From Paraspadella gotoi (Eukaryota; Animalia; Chaetognatha): a DNA stretch of 64,000 nt. The notes beneath the pieces are model-generated. The model searched no databases, was not told the origin of the DNA, and saw only the letters and a program-made list of their open reading frames with translations. The DNA is taken from the NCBI GenBank assembly GCA_051294375.1, contig CM119270.1:9239530-9303529 (forward strand), in the 5' to 3' direction. This document shows, piece after piece, positions 19,101 to 31,386 of the stretch. How positions within the stretch are numbered: position 1 is the stretch's first letter; each line of letters starts with the position of its first letter. The position numbers and the translations under genes were made by a program.

Positions 19101-22100
19101 ACTTCTCTTTATTTTTACTTCCCTTTTTTTCACTTTTCATTTTTTCTTCTCTTTTCACTTCTCTTTTTTTCACTTCTCTTATTTCACTTTTCTATTTTTC
19201 TTCTCTTTCACTTCTCTTTTTTTTCACTTCCCTTTTTTTACACTTCCTATTTTTTTCTTCTCTCTTCACTTTCTCTTTTTTCACTTCCTTATTTTCACTT
19301 TCTATTTTTTTCTTCTCTCTTCACTTCTCTTTTTCACTTCCCTTTTTTCACTTTTCTATTTTTCTTCTCTCTTCACTTCTCTTTTACTTCCTTATTTCAC
19401 TTTCTATTTTTTCCTTCTCTCTTCACTTCTCTTTTTTCACTTCCCTTATTTCACTTCTATTTTTCTCTCTTCTTCACTTCTCTTTTTTCACTCCACTTTT
19501 TTCACTTTCTCTAATTTTCTTCTCTCTTCACTTCTCTTTTTTCACTCCTTTACTTTCACTTTCTATTTTTTTCTTCCCTCTTCACTTCTCTTTTTTTCCA
19601 CTTCACCTTTTTCACTTTCTATTTTCTTTCTCTCCTTCACTTCTTCTTTATTTCACTTCACTTTTTTCACTTTTCTATTTTTTCTTCTCTTTTTACTTCT
19701 CTTTTTTTCACTTCACTTTTTTCACTTTTATATTTTTTCTTCTCTCTTGACTTCTCTTTTTTTCACTTCCCTTTTTTCACTTTTCTATTTTTACTTCTCT
19801 CTTCACTTCTCTTTTTTCACTTTACTATTTTTTTTTCTTTTCACTTGTCTTCTTTCACTTTTTTCATTACGTTCCTCTTCAGTTATTTTCGTTTCCTCCT
19901 CCTTTGCACTATTTTTTTTTAAATTTCTAATATTAATATTACGATGTTTTCCAGTTTCACTTTCTTAATTTATCTTTTCTCGTGTATTCTCTTAAAAAGG
20001 CTTGTGCCTCTTTTGTAATCTCGAGAACTCAATCTTCTTTTCTTATCTCCAATCTTCTCTATTCAATTCTCTCCCCTTTCTTCTCTCCCCTTCTCACCTC
20101 CTCGTATTCTTTGTGTGATCGCAGTGGCGCGACTTTTCCCCGCGGTCGGGGTGAAAGTTGTGACCCCAGTAGGGGCGACCGGTGTAGCGCTTGTAGACTT
20201 GACAGACTGTGCAGTTGAAGTCAGAGTGGGGATCGAGACAGTTGGGGCAATACTCGGCCACGTTGTCGCATCTGCGAAGTGAGAAAAAGAGAACGAGGAT
20301 GATGATGGATTTGATGAATTCGATCAATGGAGTAATTCACTGATTTAATGATTAAACGATCGATTAATAGACTCATTTGTTTATTCCCTGATTGATTGTT
20401 AGATTGAATATATTAATTGAATTATTCAAATGAAAAAGTAAAAAAAGACGTGACCGACTCCCGTTTTCCTCCGACAATTTCGAAGCCAAGAATTCGAATT
20501 TTCTCTCTCCCTTTGCGAATCTGAGGAAAATCGTTTTCCCTCTCAACAATTGACGCCTCGAATTCTCGAACAAGTATGAGCCCTATTTCTTTTTTTTATG
20601 AGCCCTGTTTCTTTCTTTTTTTCTTTTTTTTACGATAACGGCCTATTTCAGCTTACATTTAGAATTAGGGTTAGGGGTTGGATTAAGCGATTGATGGTTG
20701 GATATTAGAGTTAAAATTAAAGAATTCAGGTCACAATTCTCTTTCGGAAAATAGTGCGGACTCATTTCGCCTTCGTAATTTGTTCGGTCGACGTTGAATC
20801 GTAAAATTAAACATGCCATTTAGGTAACTATCGTGCCAATCATAGTTTTCTATTTCAATCGTTTGTCATATAAATCCTTCACCATTCGAATGTTTTCAAA
20901 TCTACATATTCGCTATTTAGTATCTCACTCTCATAAACAAGAAATTATCAAAGCGATTTTAGTAAATTTACTCCTAAATTTACTTAATTTCCATTAAGTA
21001 AACATTTATGGATATGATATTATGGCTTAATAAAGTATGACATAAGTAGCTAATAGATTCTAGAGTTTTCAATGGATAATTGTCCATGAAAATATATACA
21101 TATTTCATTAAAACCTTTCAAGGTTCATTATTTTAAAACCATCTTTTTAAAAGGACAAACGACGTTCGTCAATCACCGTCCCTCAATCCTTCTTTGGGAA
21201 TCACAATTCGAATCCAAATCGACCAATCGGATTTCTCCTCAAATCTCATTAGCTTTTTTCTCACCTGCAATCTGCGCTTCCGGTTTTGGGACAGGTGAGG
21301 TTCGCGCCGACTCCGTCTTCTCGATTCCATTCGCCGCCGCCGCCGCCGCCTCCGCCGCCTAAGACGCCGTAAACGGGAAAGGGGCCGGCGCCGCCACCGC
21401 CGCCGGGGCCAGGTGATTTGGAGCGGCGCTTTTGTCGGCGACTCGGCGGCGCCCGGGCGTGGGATCGAGGGTGAGTTGAGTCGGCTGAACGGGGAGAAGA
21501 GGGTAAGTTAGAATCGGGGTAGGGTTGGACTGCGGGATGGAATTAGAAAAGAATGGAGATTTCAAGGGTAAAAAGAAATGGGATCCTTCTTTTTCTTTTT
21601 CTCGTTTTCCCTTTTCAATCTTTTTCTTTTCACTTTGGGATGGTTTTCGGTTGATTAGTTTCTTCGTTCTTAAAAAAAGAAAAAAAGAAAGAAGAAGGAA
21701 AAAAGAAAAAAATAAAGAAAAAAAAAACCCAAAACTCCAGAATTTTGCGAACTTTCAGTTTTGGGTTTTTTTTTCCTCATCATTTCTCTTCCCTCATTTC
21801 TTTTTTTTCGTTCTACTTTTTTCCCCAACGTTTTCTCTATCGACCTTTAGTCGTTTAACGTCTTCCTCTCATTCAAACCGCACTTTTTTTCTATCTTTGG
21901 TCTTAACCCCTAACGCTTCTTATTATCGTTTCACTTATGTTTACCACCGACTTTTACACAATACTTAATACTTTTCCTAAGCGTAAGTTGATTCCATTTT
22001 CATTATTTAACCGATTGTTTTTACCTCCTTTAATTTCTACTACTATAATTCACCTACCACTTCGTTGTCATCCGAATGATCCGAAAAAATAAAGATTTTT

Positions 22101-23121
22101 CCATCATTGTCTTCTTTATTTCCTTTGCATCTTCCTTTTTTTCCGTCTCATTCGTTCTTTATATTTCAATTTCTATGAAACTCCTTGTTTTTTTATTCTC
22201 CGCTTTTTTTCTCACTTGGTTCATTGTTTCTTTCCATTTATCTCTGTTTTAGTTTACTTCCGAATTTTTAAAAAAAGTTTTCCTCTTCTTTCTTTTTTTT
22301 GGGGGGTTTCTTTTAATCTTCCTTTCTCCATTCCCTTTCCTCCTTCTCACCACCGTAATTCGTTGGCTTCCTTCCGGTGATGGTTTTCGAACACCGCCTC
22401 ACGACGAAGGGCGGCTTGGGGTCTTCGACCGAGTAATCCCACGGCTGCTCCGACTGCTGAGACCGACGCCGCTGCGGCGGCGGCTGCTGTAATTGCTGCT
22501 GCTGCTGCAGCGGCGTGGTCGGAATCAGATTTCCGCCGGGCATCAGCGACGCGGCGCCTTTGGAACTCGATTGCCGCGATAAAGAAAAGTACTTCCGGTC
22601 GACCATTGAATCTGGAGAGGAATGAGAGAGAAGAGGAGGAATTTGGTGAGACAGGGTAAAATAAAATAAAAGGAGACAAATGGAGAGGGAGAGGGAAAAG
22701 GAAGAAAAGAGGAGAAAAAAGAAGAATAGAAAAGAAGAGAAAAGATGAAAAAATGAAGGAATGAGGAGAAAAAGACGAAAAAGAGAAGTTTAAAAGGAAG
22801 AATGGAAAGAGGAGTGAAAAAACTTAAGAAAAGGAGAGAAAAAAGTAGGTAAAGAGACGTAAAAGAAGAAGAGAGGAAAAGTGGAGGAAAAGGGAAAGGT
22901 ATTGCAAAGACAAATGAGAAAATGGAGGAAAAAAGTCAAGTGCGAAATCGTTTAAAATATTTTTTTATGGTTGTATGAGCAGTAGTTCCTGTTATCGAAG
23001 TCGTTTTGGTCGTCGTCGTTGTTGTCGTCGTCGTCGTCGTCTTTGCCTCGCAAGTAATCGCTATTTCCACCAGCTTCCGGCGCAATAAGGTGATTTTCTT
23101 TATGGAATAAAAGACACATTA

Positions 23122-23153
<32 letters not shown>

Positions 23154-24341
23154 TCTCTCTCTTTTTTCTCACTATATCTTTTTCTCACCTTCCCCATCTC
23201 CACCGAGAGGAACATCTGTGACCACAGTGGAAGACTTGAAGGCCAGTTTGGGCGAGATACCCGGCATCTTCACCGTTCGGTTGAGAAGGATTTCACGGAC
23301 GGGGGGTTTTGAGTCCGACAGTCGGTCGTTCACCTGAAGAGGAAATGGAGAACAACGATGTTGATATGGAGAATTAATAGGAGATTTACGTATACTTATT
23401 TTTTTATGTATGTAGGAAGGATATGCTGCTTAATAAAAAGGCCAAGCATAATAACAATGTAATATAAATTATTTATCAAATGAAAAGATTATTTTTATAT
23501 TGGTTATACAAATCTTATATTAAGTTTCAGAATTTACCACCCATCCACATTCATCCAATTCGCCCACTATACCTCAATCGACTCTCTCTTCCCAACGACC
23601 ACCATACGCCCACTCTATGCCTTTCTCTTTCCCCAACCCCCTCTTCCTTGTCTCTTACCTTTGGCGACGGATAAAGAAACTCCAGAGCGTCCGCCTCGTA
23701 GTTGGCCAACACCTCGGCTCGGCCGACGGCGGAGTTGAACTGCACCACCTCGATAAGAAGATGCTCCTCGGCCAGATGTCGAGAGAGTTGACCCGGGTCG
23801 CAGGCGCCCGTGTATGTCTTGTCGAACTTGTTAAGAGGTCGGCGAAAGGTTAATTATAATTACAATGTGAAGGCGGTGCCACGAAATCCCCTTACAGCCA
23901 AATGACCTATAGTTCTAATACACTATCACAGCTACGGATCTCTGGAACCCTATCCCTTGACAAAAAGTGACGGAACGGACATAAACCTGTCAGTGACAGA
24001 GGGTGACCTCTAATGGTACAATGTCGCCTAAAGTCACCTCGTGAAATGCTCGACTCTCACAGGCAAGCCCGCCGATTCCAAGTTAATTAATAAGTAATCT
24101 TTGAGATTCGTTAAATACTAAATCCGTCCACCCTCCTTCCACCGCCCGACTCCCTTTTCACCTTAATCCTCTCGAAAATTTGCACGGGAAAAACTGGCGG
24201 GAGCAAACAGGTCCTCCGCTTCTGACCCAAGAGGCAGAAGATGACGCAGAGATCCTCGGGCCGTTCGAGCCACACTCCCGGCGCGGAGAGAGAATGCAAC
24301 TCGATGCAGGCGTCCACGTGGATCGCTTTGCGTACGGACAT
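16115..24341 (-). CDS. SPATA6: SPATA6-family (spermatogenesis-associated protein 6) protein (9 exons, ~571 aa)
   Basis: Phase-consistent exons: 24341-24162, 23826-23659, 23333-23189, 22611-22351, 21484-21265, 20271-20098, 17114-16978, 16652-16366, 16258-16115. The N-terminal SPATA6 domain is recognisable (IELHSLSAPGVWL..EDL..CLLGQ.RRT.LLPPVFP, FDKTY..ACDPGQL, LANYEADALEFLYP, PGISPKLAFKS). Also present are the KPPFVVR motif and a C-terminal RIHKKVKSVL. Confidence 0.88.
17473..19850. repeat. ~2.4-kb pyrimidine-rich degenerate minisatellite in SPATA6 intron 6
   Basis: Repeated ~50-55-bp unit resembling ttttcacttctctttttttcacttcccttttttactttcctatttttcttctc, with almost no G on the + strand. It accounts for the spurious 831-aa F/S/L ORF. 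Confidence 0.92.
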
Positions 24342-24947
24342 GTCGAAGGGAAGCAATGAAATGGAGGGAGGTGCGGCGGTGGCGGTAACGAGGTTGGCAA
24401 GAAGCTGGAGGTTCGTCAGGTGATGTCACCGTTTCCTGCGGCGACGAAACGAACGATAGAAGAAGGGAGCGAGTCGTTAATGACGCCAACGAAAAACCAT
24501 CATGGGGATAACCGGGTCACAGGGGCGATAGGGGAAACTGTTATGGGGCGATCGAGAAACGGTTATGACCAAGAGGCAATTGAGGTAACGCAAGTGGAAA
24601 AAGGCACAACCCTGGAGTGAGACGAGGCGAGGCTCTAAGAAATGATAGCAGTTTATTGCCGTGAGGTCGTGCAAAAACGATGCTGAGCCGAAAATAAGGT
24701 TTTTATGCTTTTTGAGGTTAATTTTTTATTTATTTTTTATTTTTTGTCTTAGTTTTCGATTAGGACGAGGGGAACAGATTGAAGTTAAAATGAATATCGT
24801 GGAAGACCAAAGTGATAATGTCGTTATCTATTAGATTTATTACTTTTTTTGTATTATTTGTATTAATCGCCGGAGAAGAATAAAAAAATATTTAAAAAGG
24901 GGAGGAAAAACATTGAGACGTTAAAAATGAATTTCCGTTGTTGACCC

Positions 24948-25188
24948 TGGGTTAGTTGATTCCTTTGCCAGTCGATGGCGAATGAATTGAGTTTGTTGAT
25001 TCCTTTGCCAGTCGATGGCAATTGAATTGGGTTTGTTGATTTTTTTTGCCAGTCGATGGCAATTGAATTGGGTTTGTTGATTTCTTTGCCAGTCAATAAC
25101 AATTGTATTGGGTTAGTTGATTTCTTTGTCAGTTGATGGCAATTGAATTAGGTTTGTTGAATTCTTTTCCAGTCGATTGCAATTGAAT
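24948..25188. repeat. 40-bp tandem repeat x~6
   Basis: Unit is approximately gtttgttgattcctttgccagtcgatggcaattgaattgg. Copies are contiguous with no spacers, between the SPATA6 start and the ERICH3 stop. Confidence 0.88.
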
Positions 25189-25623
25189 AGTCGAGCGAAA
25201 TAAATCAATAAGTTTATTTTAATTTATTTGTTTTAATTTAATTTTATTTTATTTATTTAAATGACTACATTTTTCTTTTTTTTTTTAAAGTTTTTGTTAT
25301 CGTTTATTCCTACGGTCCTACTAGACAGATAAAAAAATTATGTGAATCATATTCTCATTCAAATAAAAAGAATAGCGTGAATTGCCAGCTATAAAAAAAA
25401 TTTGTGCGCGAGAATTGTTGCTTGAAAATTGTGCTTAAATTACAGCCGGTCCAAAGTCTGTAAAAGAACCCGTAAAGTCTTGGTCAGTTTCGGTCAATGA
25501 CAATTGGGAATTGCGTGCTATGTGGACTCCATGATGCCAGGAATTTTCTTTTTAGCGATTTTTTTTCTTGACGCATCTCTATCGCAGCAACTTGCTTCTC
25601 CAACTCTTTTCCCGTTTTTCCAT

Positions 25624-25873
25624 TCAACTCGATTCTTTCTCAGTCTTCTCTTCGAGCGCCTCGCCCATTGTCTCGCTCTCCCTCCGAACGGAGAGGTTCT
25701 TTAAGTCCGCCTCGGTTTTTGTCTCGCTTTCCCTCCGAGCGGAGAGGATCTTTAACTGGGCCTCCACCGCAGCTTTGACTTCCTTGAGTTCGTCTTTGCG
25801 GTCGTCGAGAGGAAGATCGTCGAAGGCTTCGCCGAGATCCGAGGCTGGAGGGGCGGAGGGGGGGAACATTCAC

Positions 25874-25953
<80 letters not shown>

Positions 25954-26423
25954 GCTTGAAGAGAGGCTGGACGACAAGGAACTGGGCGACGAAGCGTCGA
26001 CCGAATATTCTACTTGAGATTCTTTTCCTTCGTCTTCATCGTTTTTTGCTGGAATCAACTGAAAACAAATTGGGTTAGAATCAATCAATCAATCATATCA
26101 ATCCAATTAATCCAATCAATCAATCAATCAATCAAATCAACCTCAGAAGGGGTTCGACTCTCCAAAGCTTTCTCGTATTCTGCCGCTAACTCTCTCGTCA
26201 GATTTCCACCCGAGGATTCGTCGAGTGTGCTGCCGACGGATGAGCCGAGTCGGTCGTCGCCCGGCGGCGGCGGCTTCAGTCTATCGTCGACGACGGTTTC
26301 CGCCGGAGGAGCGCCGAGAGCCTTCGGCAACGGATCCGTGGGCGCGGCGTCGGCAGCGGCGGCTGCGGTGGGGACGGCGGGATAGGGTTTTCATCTGATA
26401 AAACGAGGACAAAGAAGTGAGAG

Positions 26424-26504
<81 letters not shown>

Positions 26505-26573
26505 CCATTATTCAAAGTGATCTCCTCAAACAAAGAAATTATTTGACTCGTCTCACTTTTACGATCCTCCTTT

Positions 26574-26617
<44 letters not shown>

Positions 26618-27960
26618 TCTTCTGATTTCTTCGTTGTTGTCGTCGGTGATGATGATCGGAGGCGCCGGCAGCGGAACCGGATCTCCGATCGCCAGAAGTT
26701 TCTCGGCGACTTCGTCGTCTTTTGGGTCGTCCTTCGGAGTTTCTGGCGGCGGAGAAACAGGGTCATCTTTAGCTTCGTCGGCGTCGTCTCTACCGGCGTC
26801 GGCGGCGGCGTCGTCTCTTGCCGCGTTGGCGGCGTCGTCTCTGGCGGCGGCGTCGTCACCGCCCACTTTGTCCTCGTCTTTTTCGGCTGCGTCATTGGTG
26901 GCTTCGTCGTCGTCGAAAGCGGCGGAGCCGACGTCGGCCGAAGATTCCGACCTTAAATAGATTGATCGGTCGTTGTTGTTGTTGTTGGAATTTCTAGAAT
27001 TTGTTGTTATTGTTGTTGCTCACCTCAAAGAACTGGCGAGCGACTGCGTTTCGCTTCGGTCTCCGTCGACGCTGGCGACGTCGAGGAAACTCTCGTCGTT
27101 GTCGTCGTTGTCGTCAGGATCGTCTTCGTCGTCGTCTTGGTGTTTCGCTGCGCCATCTGCAGGAGACGATAAAACGAATGAAATTTTAAGCACGAAAAGG
27201 CTAATTATGAATTCATAGCCTAACTTAACTTGTTTTAGGATGTTACCCCAGCAGGTTCTATCGATTCTTTATTTTAACTCAGCACACCAGAATTGATAAA
27301 TATTTAGATATCACAAAATAATGTCAATTCTTTCTTATGTGCTTTTATCACAGCGCTCATATTAATCTATTGCCTATTATCTATAAAAATCCCCTTTCAC
27401 TCTTTTCTCTATTCATTTACCGTCAGCGGAGCCTTTTGAAATCTCTTCCTCGCGGGGCGACGAGGCTTTAACCGCGGCCGAAACGGGGCGGGGCGCTAGG
27501 TCACGTACTGACCCTGGGGGAGAACCCTCGGCGGCACGCGTGGAGCTGATGGGGGAGGGTGGGCAGGGCTCCTGAAAGCGGATTTAGAATTATCGAGTTA
27601 TTTTGATCATGGCTTTTTTTAAATAGTTTTAATAACTAAATATTATTTCCCAAATCTTAACATGTACTCTCGTAGTTTAATCAAAGACGGAATTCGTAAA
27701 TTCATATTTTTTGTTTTGTTTGATCTATTTTTGGGATCAAAATGAAAACACGACTAACCATTTCCGCAGAAAAATATTAACATATAATACGTCTGATGAA
27801 TCATATTTTTCAAATTTTATACATTTTAAAATGTTTCCGAATTTAATTCCATTTAATATCTTTTTAAACCCGAACCTCATAATCTTCCTCCGGTTGAGAC
27901 TCTTCTTCGTTTATCGCGTCGTCTTCGTATTCGTCTCCGTTTTCTTCCGGAAACGCAGTC

Positions 27961-28002
<42 letters not shown>

Positions 28003-31000
28003 ATTCTGACGCCGTCGGCGTCGCCGTCTTCCACATCGATCAAGGCGCCGGCTGAATCGTCGGCCGAACGCGCCGAGGTGGGGGGAGGTAGGGCGGAGGG
28101 GTCTGGAGGGAGGAAAGGAAAATAAGCCATATAAGGGAAAAGAAAAAAAAGGAAAAAGTTAGTTCGTAAATTGTCTTTGAAAAAAAATATACAAATATAT
28201 AATTCTATAAAAATGTGATCTGTGTCGTCCATATCTGTTTATAAGTTTTCGTTACTTTTTCATTCAATTTTGTCTTTTTTATCTGGGTCATTTTTGTCAT
28301 CGTCATTTTTTTTTTTGTGTCTTTATGTTATCCGCGGTTCTTTTTATAAAAGGAAAAAGAAAATGGAAATATACCATTTCTGGAATGATGAAAACCTGAA
28401 AGGTTGCTGTCAGGACAAGAGCTTAGGCGAAGTCAAAATTTTTTTTTCAAACTCAGTTTTTTTTTAATTGCAGTTGAAGTTGGTAAGTTAATTTTTGAGA
28501 AAATTTGATAACTTTTGTACTAATTTTGCAAAATAAAGACTCAATTCACACATCTATATGTTTAACGATATCAGTAAACCGAGAGCTTTAATTTAAAACT
28601 ACTCCCAAATTTCTACGACTTTTGGTTAAAAAGTTATTAATGAATATATATTAATTTTTCTTAAAAAAAGTAATTAAATTTTAAGCTTTATTGAGAATAT
28701 AGTCAGACTTTAATCTAAAAAATTCAGGATACCAACGAGTTCGATAGACCGTCTTCTTTCAATTAAATCATAAATAAAAGTTTTCTTCAACCTCCATTAC
28801 AGCTTTACAGGTATATCATCCCCCTCAAAATTTGAAAAAATATTAATTATATTTTTAAATAATTTACCATAATGATATGATATAATTCTATTTAATATAA
28901 ATGGACTAGAAACTATTGAATGTGACCTTCATTTTGAGCCTATTGCCAATCCTTTACGATAAATATTTATTGAGATACTACCAAAATATTTAAAAAATGA
29001 AATTTTTAATTTATTTAATTCATATCTCAGTTTATATACGACTTATTTTAAGTCAAAAAATTTCATTCAGCAGATTAAAGTGTAATAATTTTATATTATA
29101 AAAACTTGCTTCCGTATTATGATACGGTTATTATATATATATATAAATATTATGTTCTCTGGCAAAGAAAGAATTATTTATCTTTAATAGAAAATGAAAA
29201 AAAAAGACTTAAATTACATCATTTTTTTCAAACCTTACCCGATTCCCTTTTGTTTCTGTCGTCATTGTGGTCGTCATCGTCGTCACTGACTTCGATTTCG
29301 ACTTCCACGTTTCCAGTTTCCGCGTGAGGGATCACGTGCTGCAAAGAAAGAAAGTTGCAGCAGGTGATTAAATGTTCATAAGAAGATTAACAAGTTTGAG
29401 CAAACAATGTCGGATCTGCCCACGATCATTATCGGTAATTAATTAATTAATAATTAAATAATTCAAGTTAATTAATTAATTAATTAATTAATTAATTAAT
29501 TTGATCCCAAATGTTTGTTTTTAGGTCTTTTTGTCACTATCTACGACAAAAGCAATGATGACAATGAGAATAATGCCGATAACAATTTACTTGATTGATT
29601 GACTTATTAATAAATTATCGATTAATTAATTGACTAATTGAATAATTAACTGATTAATTATTTGATTTATAAATACATCCTGCATATTGCGGTGACTTAA
29701 TAATGAATATTTGGAAAATATTTGAGCTTCCAAAATTTACATTTAATATAAAAGTAAAAAGAAGCATAATCAATTAGTGAAACTGGTTTTTTGTTGTTTT
29801 TTTTCATTTACACTCATTTCCACTCAAACGATTCCATCGAAACTTGATTTCCTGCTCATTGAGCAGTGCTCAATCACACACTTTCCTACCCACATACAAA
29901 ATTCCAGGTCAATCTCCCCATCCACACATGAGCAATTAGAGTTTCCCAGCCTCGTAAACCTCATACTAAGTTGCTCACTCGGTCTGGTTTCCATTATTTT
30001 CTTATCTTATTCATTTTTAAAAGCTGTTTAAGTTAAAATGTTTTTTTGCTAATAACCCAATGCGAGCGTGCAAAGGAACAAGTAACTAATGCCAAAAAAA
30101 TTTGATGTAAAAATGAATATAATCTTTTAAATAACAATTTTAATAACCCATAAATATAAAGATTTTTTTCACCATTTTTAGTTAAATAACACCAGTAGCT
30201 TATTCCCTGTTTTTTGTTTTACTAAATTGGAAAAAAATATATTGTCATTAATGGGCGGTGGCCCTAGCCGGAAGTATGGTTTTTCCGCCAATATTTAAGT
30301 GTTTTTGATTGTTATAAATTTTGATGGAAATTGATTTTAAAATGCCACAAAATAATTGAACGCTCACCTAAATTATGTAATTTATAAAAATAATTTATAG
30401 TAGCATTTTAAAAAGAAGCTTAAAAAACTGTTTTAGAAGGTCATTATGCCAAATGATTTTATTTTTGCGAAGTAGTGAGTATTAAATTATTAAGTCAGGG
30501 TATGCCAATTTGTTTTAGCACAAATTTTAAAAATTCTAGTTTTACATTTTAAAATTTAAAAAATAAAATTAAAATAACATAAAAATAATGAAGTTAACCC
30601 CAAAAATCCCTTAACAATAATACTAAATACAAGGTTTTTAATTCCTTTTTTATAAAATTAAAAAAAAAATTTCGATGTTTTTTTTTTTTTTGTAACTAAT
30701 TTATTTTTTTTTTAAATGATATCTGTTTTATGTTAGGAATTTAATAAAAACTGATGGATTCGTGACTATAGCTTTGGGGTTTTAAAAAGAATATAAAATT
30801 TAGCTCGTTCATAAAAAGGAAGTTGAAAGGTATTGTGAAAAAATGATCTAAAAAGTTTATTTGTATTTTTTTCTTAGCAGATATAAAACTGATTTCTTCT
30901 CAAAAGGGTATCTTGTGCCCTGTTAAGCTTTTCTTTGCTTTTCAGATAAGTCGCCCTGCAGTTATCATTTTAATTGTATTATATGTGGATAAGATGAAAT

Positions 31001-31344
31001 TTTATATAAATATATTCAAAAACTGCATCGAACTTTACTACTTGACTTTGAAAAATTTAACATAATTTTAAAACGCAAATTTAAAGAAAGTTTGAATTTT
31101 GATTTGGACAAACGATTTTGTTTTAATTATTGTAAAACAGACATGTTCGGCTTTATTCAAGCCTTCAATCAACGTTTAATGTGAATTTGGGAAACATTTT
31201 GTGTAAAGGAAGAGAGAAAAAGAGATAAACAAGAGTAAGAGAGAGAGGGCAAAAGTTTCCGCAAACACAGAGTTTAGAAGGACAGTGGTCAAATTGGTGA
31301 GGACAAGACAGAGTAAGTTTTGAAAAAAAGTGAGATGGTGAAAT

Positions 31345-31386
<42 letters not shown>

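Noticed and set aside
17473-19968. 831-aa F/S/L-rich ORF resembling a multipass membrane protein
   Set aside because: It is an artefact of a G-poor minisatellite that rarely forms stop codons, and it lies antisense within a SPATA6 intron.
24948-25188. Possible CRISPR-like array
   Set aside because: Contiguous 40-bp units with no unique spacers, in eukaryotic DNA with no cas genes; an ordinary minisatellite.
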